A program made the position numbers and the translations under genes. The notes under the pieces are model-generated. The model was given only the letters and a program-made list of their open reading frames with translations. It was not told the DNA's origin and ran no database searches. Of a stretch of 64,000 nt of DNA, positions 57,251 through 64,000 are shown one piece after another. Origin of the DNA: Chthonomonadales bacterium (GTDB taxonomy: Bacteria > Armatimonadota > Chthonomonadetes > Chthonomonadales > CAJBBX01); NCBI GenBank assembly GCA_037443035.1, contig JBBIPC010000014.1, positions 15,415 through 79,414 of the forward strand. Reading direction: 5' to 3'. The first letter of the stretch is position 1. Each line of letters begins with the position of its first letter.

Positions 57251-58375
57251 GTGGAGATTCGAAACCCCGGAGCGAAGTCCCGACGTATGGCATTGTGCTT
57301 CGGAAAGGGCGGCGTGGTGGCGGTTCTGTGGGCACCTGTCGGCATGGCCGCTTTCTTGAACCAGGGAGCGCAGAAAGCCAACTCACCAATCCAGTGGGAT
57401 CCGTCCACGCTCACGCTTGTCCGGGACATGCGCCGCCTTGGTCGGATGAGGCTCATCGCAACGTATGAGCTGGGTGGCCGCATCCGCGTGTCCTTCCGTG
57501 ACGATGACGGCCGAACGTGGAGGTCGGAAGCCGAGGTAGTCAGGCTCGACCATGGCAACGCTGCCAATCCCGAACTTCTCGTCCTGGGCAGTCGGCGCGT
57601 TCTCCTGTTCTTCAACGAGCGGCCCACCGACGGCAAGCATCCGTACTCAATTAGCATGTGCCGATCGTCAGACGGCGGTCGAACATGGACGGGAAAGCGA
57701 ACGCTGTACACTGCCGGCGTACGCTTCGACAATGGCTGCTGGGAACCCGCAGCGATTCGCCTGCGGGATGGGACGATCCAGCTCTTCTTTGCGAACGAAG
57801 CGCCGTTTTCGGATACCGAGGAGCAAGAGATCTCCATGATAGCATCCAAGGACGGAGGTGAGTCCTGGGGTGTGGCGCGGCGAGTGGCCTTCCGGCCTGG
57901 CGGGCGCGATGGTATGCCCGTGCCGATCCTGGGCCGAGACGGCACCTCCACGCTCCTGGCCATAGAGGACAGCGGTCTCTGCGGTCTCATGAAGCCTGTC
58001 ATCGTCGCCGTTCGACCGGACGGGGTTGCCACTCCAGACACAAGCTACCGGTGGCCTGCCCTGGCAAAGGCGCTCGGCCCTGAGGTCTACGCGGGAGCCC
58101 CATATCTGGTGCGGATGGTGGATGGAGCTACCATTCTCTCCGTCCAGAGCACCGAGGGACGTCGGAAACCTCGCATGGTGGTCTATAGAGGTGATCGCGA
58201 TGCGCGATCCTTCGCCAGTCCCATGGAGCCATTCGACCTTCCTAGTGACGTAGAGGGCCTCTGGAATTCGCTCTTCGTGAAGTCCAGGAACGTGGTGACA
58301 GCGGTCTCGACAACTAGGATTGGAGGCAGGGCTGGCGTCTGGGCTGTGGACGGCCGGGTATCTGAAGACCTCTAG
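57251..58375 (+). CDS. Sialidase/BNR (Asp-box) family protein
   Basis: DDDGRTW, SSDGGRTW, SKDGGESW; CWEP, FANE, RDGMP; start uncertain. Confidence 0.8.
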   Translation: MEIRNPGAKSRRMALCFGKGGVVAVLWAPVGMAAFLNQGAQKANSPIQWDPSTLTLVRDMRRLGRMRLIATYELGGRIRVSFRDDDGRTWRSEAEVVRLDHGNAANPELLVLGSRRVLLFFNERPTDGKHPYSISMCRSSDGGRTWTGKRTLYTAGVRFDNGCWEPAAIRLRDGTIQLFFANEAPFSDTEEQEISMIASKDGGESWGVARRVAFRPGGRDGMPVPILGRDGTSTLLAIEDSGLCGLMKPVIVAVRPDGVATPDTSYRWPALAKALGPEVYAGAPYLVRMVDGATILSVQSTEGRRKPRMVVYRGDRDARSFASPMEPFDLPSDVEGLWNSLFVKSRNVVTAVSTTRIGGRAGVWAVDGRVSEDL

Positions 58376-58556
58376 TCAACCCAGCTCAGCCCGATCGGCG
58401 ATGCTACTTCCCAAGATCTGTGACCGATGCGCAGCCCACGCGCAGGAAACCCGGGGCGACGGCTTGAATCAGCTATTGCCCGCAGACAAGCAGTGGTACG
58501 CGAGTGCATCGTGGCACTCATGCCACTAACCTGCGGAGATCCTACAGGAGTGCCAC

Positions 58557-59246
58557 ATGAGAACGTGTGCGCTGTTTGCTGTGTGCTGCGCAATGATCCC
58601 ATGCGTAGCGCAGGCGGACGACATCGTAACGATGCCTACCGCCAACCAGCTCAAGGCCCGCGAAGTGGACGTCGCGGCCTACTATCTCGACCTCCATCTT
58701 CCGTCGGGTGCGCCGCAGTTCGTCCACTATCAGACCCTCTACGTGGGCCTCACAGACCGCGTCGAACTGGACTTCCATCGAGCTGAAGTGAACCGCGACG
58801 CGGTCTCTGTTGTTACCGTTGCGACGTTGAAGCTCGTCTCGGAAGGTCCCGCGACTCCAGACGTTGTCCTGGGAGTGCGAAACGTCACAGGTGAAGCCAC
58901 CACGAACGATCCGGCGGTCCGGAGCAAGAGCAGGCGTCGGTCCGTCTTCGCCACGGCGGCCAAGACGGTCTTTCTCCGCGAAGGGGTCCAGGGGCCGCCG
59001 CTGGTACGGGTTCACGCAGGACTGGGCACCGAAGACTGGACGCTCCTGAACGAGAAGAGGCATGAAGGACTATTCGGCGGATTGCAGTTCCTGTTCCACC
59101 CCGTCGTAGGGGCGGTGGTGCAGCACGATGGTCGCGATTGGATCACCGGTGTAACCATCATGCCTCCGCGGACGGGGCTGACAGTCAAGGGAGGCACGTT
59201 CGGCGATCACTCGTGGTACGGTGTGGCCTTCCGCAAGCAGTTCTAG
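58557..59246 (+). CDS. Exported protein, probable outer-membrane beta-barrel
   Basis: Signal peptide, MPTA motif, amphipathic beta strands, C-terminal Phe. Confidence 0.6.
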   Translation: MRTCALFAVCCAMIPCVAQADDIVTMPTANQLKAREVDVAAYYLDLHLPSGAPQFVHYQTLYVGLTDRVELDFHRAEVNRDAVSVVTVATLKLVSEGPATPDVVLGVRNVTGEATTNDPAVRSKSRRRSVFATAAKTVFLREGVQGPPLVRVHAGLGTEDWTLLNEKRHEGLFGGLQFLFHPVVGAVVQHDGRDWITGVTIMPPRTGLTVKGGTFGDHSWYGVAFRKQF

Positions 59247-59291
59247 ACGGGCAGTGTGGCCAACCGAGTAGAACCGCGCCTGAAAGAATGG

Positions 59292-59324
59292 ACGGCGCCT
59301 TCCTTGACTATGGGAAGGCGCCGT
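59292..59324 (-). terminator. Intrinsic terminator between convergent genes
   Basis: ACGGCGCCTTCC/GGAAGGCGCCGT 12-bp stem; CCATTCTTTC follows on the minus strand. Confidence 0.7.
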
Positions 59325-59403
59325 GTTCGCGTACGGTCCGGTTGTGTTGGAGAAATAGTGACGCCGCTATCCTTGTTACGCGTACGTCACGTTCATCCCG
59401 CCT

Positions 59404-59949
59404 CTAGAACCGATAGCCAAAGACTGCCCGGAAGCCGTCGGGCGTTCCAGCAGCGCCGTGCTTGTCGAACATCTCGTATCGCCCCTCGACGAACATCTTG
59501 TTGCTGAGGTTCAGTCCGAGGATGAGCCCCCCGCCCACGCGGGTCACCCATGGCTGCTTGGGCGACACAAGTGTGGAAGTGTACGTGACCGCTGTGATGC
59601 AGAATCCGGCATACGGCGTCTTGCCGTTCTGCTCCTCGAACGTGTACACCTGGCTGATCGAGACCGGTATCGCCTTGAACTTCACGGCGTTATCGGTGAA
59701 CTGATAGTAGTAGTCCGCCGAAATGGTGGTGGACCACGCCTCGCCATTCAACAACGCGGGGACGCCGGCTAGGGTGTATTGCACGCCTGCGATGAACCCC
59801 TTGTTGTCGGCGATGACACGGGACTGATGACTCGAGGAGCCATACATTCCAAGTCTGATCGCGAACGGGCTCTCCGCTCGGGCCGTTGCTGACAGGAACC
59901 CCAGAGCCATTGCCGCCAGGGCGAGGGTGCCAAGCACTTTGCCTCTCAT
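59404..59949 (-). CDS. Small outer-membrane beta-barrel protein (OmpA/OmpW-like topology)
   Basis: Signal ending ARA; PYAG, FVEGRY, C-terminal VFGYRF; AAAGGAG RBS. Confidence 0.78.
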   Translation of the reverse strand: MRGKVLGTLALAAMALGFLSATARAESPFAIRLGMYGSSSHQSRVIADNKGFIAGVQYTLAGVPALLNGEAWSTTISADYYYQFTDNAVKFKAIPVSISQVYTFEEQNGKTPYAGFCITAVTYTSTLVSPKQPWVTRVGGGLILGLNLSNKMFVEGRYEMFDKHGAAGTPDGFRAVFGYRF

Positions 59950-60118
59950 AGACCGTGCTCCTTTCTGTTCTGCAATGCAGTTTTCCGACTGGTACTGCTG
60001 ATATACCGAATACCCGTCGGAGACGGTAGCCGTTTCCGCCGAACAGGGACAGCGGTTACGACTGCCGCGACCGGCTGGCAGCATACCGCAGGAGCGTACA
60101 GCCGCTCCTACTGACCTT

Positions 60119-60147
60119 ATTCTAGCACGCAGTCGCGATTTGCGCAA
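60119..60147 (-). promoter_or_regulatory. Putative sigma70 promoter
   Basis: TTGCGC (60147-60142), 17 nt, TAGAAT (60124-60119). Confidence 0.55.
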
Positions 60148-60233
60148 CAGGAACGCGCAATGTTGGCGCCGAAGTAGTGGTGCAGTTCCTTCGCCAACGG
60201 CTCGGGAGCTATGCCTATGAGGAGAATGACCCT

Positions 60234-61193
60234 ATGCCCGTTTTCGACCTGCCGCTCGAGCAACTCGAGACCTACACAGGCCGCAATCCACGTCCCCATG
60301 ATATGGAGGAGTTCTGGGAGGAAGCGCTTGCTGAGATGCGCGCGGTAGATCCTCAGGTGGAACTGGTCCCCCACAGCTATACATCGTCTGTTGCAGAGTG
60401 CTTCGACCTCTACTTCACTGGAGTACGTGGAGCGCGCATCCATGCCAAGTACCTCCGCCCAAAGCACGCACAACGACCCCACCCAGCGGTTCTGCTCTTC
60501 CACGGCTACTCTGGTAGCAGCGGCGACTGGTTCGACAAGCTCGGCTACGTCGCCCAGGGGTTCTCGGTCGCGGCGTTGGACTGCCGTGGACAGGGCGGCC
60601 TGTCGGAGGACACCGGCGGTGTCAAAGGGAACACCCTCAATGGGCATATCATTCGTGGGCTCGATCAGTCGCCACATGACATGCTATTCCGGCACATCTA
60701 TCTCGATTGTGCTCAGCTAGCACGGATCGTCATGGACATGCCTGAGGTGGACCCGGACCGAGTTGGTGCCACGGGCGGTTCTCAAGGAGGCGGCCTGACA
60801 CTGGCCTGTGCCGCGCTCGAACCACGCATCCGCCGGGCCGCGCCCGTCTTCCCGTTCCTGTGCGACTATATGCGCGTCTGGGAGATTGACCTGGCCGTCG
60901 CAGCTTATGAGGAGCTTCGGCAGTACTTCCGACACTTCGACCCACGCCATGAACGTGAGGAGGAGATCTTCACCCGGCTGGGTTACATAGACAATCAACA
61001 TCTGGCGCACCGCATTCGGGGCGAAGTCCTATGGTTCATCGGGCTCATGGATACCATCTGCCCGCCATCGTCTCAGTTCGCTGCATACAACAAGATAACT
61101 GCACCGAAAGATATGGTCATCTACCCGGACTTCGGTCACGAGGGTCTGCCAGACTCCAGCGACCGCATCTTCGAGTTCCTCTCCGGCCTCTAG
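60234..61193 (+). CDS. Acetylxylan esterase / cephalosporin-C deacetylase (CE7)
   Basis: DLPLEQL..Y, FHGY, DCRGQ, GGSQGG, D.ICPPSSQFAAYN, FGHE. Confidence 0.93.
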   Translation: MPVFDLPLEQLETYTGRNPRPHDMEEFWEEALAEMRAVDPQVELVPHSYTSSVAECFDLYFTGVRGARIHAKYLRPKHAQRPHPAVLLFHGYSGSSGDWFDKLGYVAQGFSVAALDCRGQGGLSEDTGGVKGNTLNGHIIRGLDQSPHDMLFRHIYLDCAQLARIVMDMPEVDPDRVGATGGSQGGGLTLACAALEPRIRRAAPVFPFLCDYMRVWEIDLAVAAYEELRQYFRHFDPRHEREEEIFTRLGYIDNQHLAHRIRGEVLWFIGLMDTICPPSSQFAAYNKITAPKDMVIYPDFGHEGLPDSSDRIFEFLSGL

Positions 61194-62854
61194 GGGTGAA
61201 GCACTCGATAGACCGGTAGACCAGGTGCGATCCGACGTGACCTTCGGAGAACGGCCGCGAGGGCAGGATGGGACGCGGGGTCGTCGAAGGCATCCCCGGC
61301 CAAGTAGCAGGGTCGCCGGCCGAGGTTAGCTTCGAAGATGTCGTCGAGCCAGGACAGACCGTCACTGGTTCGCGGCGGTCTGGGCACGATGATTCCGCGG
61401 CGGCGCTCGCGCGTTACCAGCCGGTAGTACTCCGTGCTGAGGAAGTCTCGGTAGAACAGCAGCACGACATCAGGACGCTGGCCGAGCACATAACGACGAT
61501 AGGCCACGGGGAAGCCCCACGAGTCTCCTGAGAGGACGAGCACCGCATCGCGCTGCACGGAGCTGAGGACCGCGTCGGCAAGTTGGTTCGCGCCCCTGTC
61601 GGCAGAGCGATCGAGACCGCCGAATCTCGCCGTGCCGAGGGCAAGCGGTAGCCCGAGCGCAGCGCACGCCGCGAGCATGCCGAACATACGCTGCAATGCG
61701 GATCGGCCCGACGCGACCCTGCTCAGGAGTGCCAGCGCGGCATGGAAGCCCGCACCGATCCACAAAGCCGTCATGAGGTGGCATGGCAGGAAGTAGGGAT
61801 CGATGTCCCGTATCCGATAGGTCATCGCCCACGCCAGCGGCGCCAGGTAGGCAAGGAGCGTCGTTGTGCCATAGGCGCGGCGGCTGCGCAAGAGCGTCCA
61901 GACGCCTACCGGCGCGAATACCAGCACGGCTACAGGGAACTGGCTTGCGGCTGCGTACTCGGCCGCGTCTTGGACGCTCAGATACTGTCGGACACGCCGA
62001 ACCACAACGTGTGGTGTCGTCGGGACCATGCGTTGGCGGTAGAGCTGGCCTGTTACATGGGCTGCGAAGCGCCCTGGAGTGCGTGGATCGCCCCAGTTCC
62101 ACGGCGGGTCCCGAAGGGCGGCCCAAGGCAAGTACGCATACAGGCTGAGCGGGACGACTACGCCGAGAATCCAGGCCGCTGTCCACCCTCTGTGCCACGT
62201 CGTTCTTGCGTGCCACAGTACTACTGCAAGTACGGCGGGGAGCAACCAGATGGCCATGAGATGGTGCGCCAGCATAAGACCGTACGCGCTGGCAGCCGAG
62301 AATGCTCGCCCAGTGGTAGGGCGCTCTGCCCAGAGGCTCAGCACCAGCAGGAGGATCATCATCAACAGGACATGCAGTGCGTAGACCTCCGCTGTCGTGG
62401 CCTGCGACCAGAATGTCGGCGAAACGGCGAACATGGCCGATGCGAGGAGACTGCTTCGCCAACACTGCGTCAGGCGATGGACGACGACGTAGAGCACACC
62501 TACTGCGAGGCTCGCCGAAATCGCCGAGAACACATTCATGCGCCACGCAGGGTCTCCCCACGGCAACATGCGGCTCCACCAGTGTCCGAGCAGGGTGTAC
62601 AGCGGATAGCCCGTAGGATGCGGTACGCCGAGCTGGTAGGCGGCGATCGTAAGATCCCCTGCATCGCCGAAGGTCAGCCCAGGTGCTACGGTTCGCATGT
62701 AGAGGCCGAAGGCGCCTGCGCCCACCATGACGGGAAGCAGCCCGCGAGCCAATACTCCGGCCGGAGTTCGAGGCTGGGCAGCCACACTCTGTGCCATGAC
62801 CCAATCTACCCTACTGCGGAGCACGGGCGCGGCCCGGTTCGTAATGGAAGACAT
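61190..62854 (-). CDS. DUF2723 / TMEM260-like GT-C membrane glycosyltransferase
   Basis: GDAGDL..AA..LGVPHPTGYPLY, FWSQA..AEVY, AHH, YLPWAA...P.NWGDP; start 62854 or 62797. Confidence 0.85.
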   Translation of the reverse strand: MSSITNRAAPVLRSRVDWVMAQSVAAQPRTPAGVLARGLLPVMVGAGAFGLYMRTVAPGLTFGDAGDLTIAAYQLGVPHPTGYPLYTLLGHWWSRMLPWGDPAWRMNVFSAISASLAVGVLYVVVHRLTQCWRSSLLASAMFAVSPTFWSQATTAEVYALHVLLMMILLLVLSLWAERPTTGRAFSAASAYGLMLAHHLMAIWLLPAVLAVVLWHARTTWHRGWTAAWILGVVVPLSLYAYLPWAALRDPPWNWGDPRTPGRFAAHVTGQLYRQRMVPTTPHVVVRRVRQYLSVQDAAEYAAASQFPVAVLVFAPVGVWTLLRSRRAYGTTTLLAYLAPLAWAMTYRIRDIDPYFLPCHLMTALWIGAGFHAALALLSRVASGRSALQRMFGMLAACAALGLPLALGTARFGGLDRSADRGANQLADAVLSSVQRDAVLVLSGDSWGFPVAYRRYVLGQRPDVVLLFYRDFLSTEYYRLVTRERRRGIIVPRPPRTSDGLSWLDDIFEANLGRRPCYLAGDAFDDPASHPALAAVLRRSRRIAPGLPVYRVLHP

Positions 62855-62943
62855 GTCGTGTTCGGCCGGCGTCCGGCTGTCTGCTGCGACGGGCGCACTG
62901 CGGAGAGGCGCGGCAGGTACAATCCCATCGGAGGTCTCTTCCC

Positions 62944-63789
62944 GTGCGCGCTTTCCTGCCCCTGCTTGCAAGTCTCATTCCCGTCACGTTCCCACCCTCG
63001 CCGAACGTCCCCAGCGGCGCGGACTGGAGCGTACCTGAACGGTTCCGTGGTGTGACCGTTGTCGGACGCGTCCGAGGATTCCCGGAGAGAATCGTGGCGC
63101 TCACGTTCGACGATGGCCCGGATCGTGCCAACACACCTCTAGTCCTGGACGCACTGATGAAGCACGGCGCCAAGGCTACGTTTTTCCTGATTGGCGAGCA
63201 GGTACCAGCGAATGCAGGTTTGGTGCGGCGGATGGTTGCCGAGGGGCATGTTGTTGGCAATCATAGCTGGTCCCACCCCTATCGGCTCTCCGAAGCCGAA
63301 GGAGAGTGGCAGATCGCGCGCACTGAACAGACGATCGAGAAGATCATCGGTCGCAAGCCCGCGTGCTTCCGGAGCCCGGGCGGCTTCACGAACAACGGCA
63401 TCGCACGTGCAGCCCGCCGTCGTGGCCTTCCCAACTTCCTTTGGATGGTGAGCTCGGCCGACACGACGCATATAGGCTCGGAGGCAATTGCGCGTAACGT
63501 CGTGAGCGCCGTGCACCCGGGCGATATCGTCCTCATGCACGATGGGCCGGGACATCGGGCAACGGCTCTGGCGGTGCCCGCCATCCTCAGTGGTCTTGCG
63601 AAAAAGGGGTTCCGGTGCGTCACTGTGCCTGAGCTGTGCCGGACCTGGGACCGGTGGCTCACGGCAAGTGGGATCACCAAGGGTATCCGCGCGGCACCCC
63701 CTGCCTCCGCCACAGCGAGACGTCCTCATCTAGTCGGGCGCCCTCCGGCAAGTGAGCGACCACCAAGCGTCCATCGCACACCACCGTAG
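62944..63789 (+). CDS. Polysaccharide deacetylase (CE4/NodB)
   Basis: VALTFDDGP, ATFFLIG, GNHSWSH, FRSPGG, IVLMHDG. Confidence 0.93.
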   Translation: MRAFLPLLASLIPVTFPPSPNVPSGADWSVPERFRGVTVVGRVRGFPERIVALTFDDGPDRANTPLVLDALMKHGAKATFFLIGEQVPANAGLVRRMVAEGHVVGNHSWSHPYRLSEAEGEWQIARTEQTIEKIIGRKPACFRSPGGFTNNGIARAARRRGLPNFLWMVSSADTTHIGSEAIARNVVSAVHPGDIVLMHDGPGHRATALAVPAILSGLAKKGFRCVTVPELCRTWDRWLTASGITKGIRAAPPASATARRPHLVGRPPASERPPSVHRTPP

Positions 63790-63911
63790 GCACTCCTGAA
63801 CGGAACCTAGCCGGCGATCGCTCAGGTACCATTAGGCGTCGCACAACCCGCAGCTATCTAGAGACGGATTGGAGAGCGTGCGATGGGCCGCCCACGGGAG
63901 GAGTAGACCCC

Positions 63912-64000
63912 ATGGATCGCAGTATGCTTCGTCACCACGGTGCCAATCGGTACGAGATGGACATGAAGGCTCGATCCGATATCCGTGTGCCGGCGGTGGT
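63912..64000 (+). CDS. 5' end of a CDS, possibly RtcB RNA ligase (truncated by window)
   Basis: GGAGGAG RBS; MDRSMLRHHGANRYEMDMKARSDIRVPAVV resembles the ..YE......D.RVP N-terminus of RtcB. Confidence 0.45.
   Translation, partial: MDRSMLRHHGANRYEMDMKARSDIRVPAV

Noticed and set aside
58493-58526. Sigma54 promoter (TGGTAC..TGCA or TGGCAC)
   Set aside because: GG-to-GC spacing is 9 nt rather than the required 10, and the second site lacks the -12 element
1-64000. CRISPR array, tRNA, rRNA, prophage or intact transposase
   Set aside because: No regularly spaced repeats, cloverleaf signatures or phage/integrase genes were seen by eye; short RNAs could have been missed without a covariance search

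Overview
GC-rich, gene-dense bacterial chromosomal window. Gene content (DUF1559/H-X9-DG prepilin plus small partner, futalosine menaquinone genes, Rex, apparently leaderless genes) suggests Armatimonadota, but this is inference only. About 66 CDS can be supported; no rRNA, tRNA or CRISPR array was seen. Main blocks: (1) a presenilin/SPP-like membrane protein divergent from an ANTAR response regulator + soluble GAF-GAF kinase; (2) futalosine-type menaquinone genes (ubiD-like, PAP2, ubiX, ubiA-like, mqnA); (3) metX, amino-sugar, folate and carbohydrate genes; (4) rex-nadB, an IS remnant and nhaA; (5) a ~10.6 kb minus-strand island (44581-55178) under two ArsR regulators. The island joins arsM-acr3 and a thioredoxin-like/ArsC fusion to a permease, several thioredoxin-fold proteins, CcdA, an octaheme cytochrome c (split by one in-frame TAA) and an exported SagB-type nitroreductase. 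It is the best candidate here for an undescribed system. All product calls come from reading motifs by eye; no database search was run. Start codons were often trimmed from the ORF track and are provisional.
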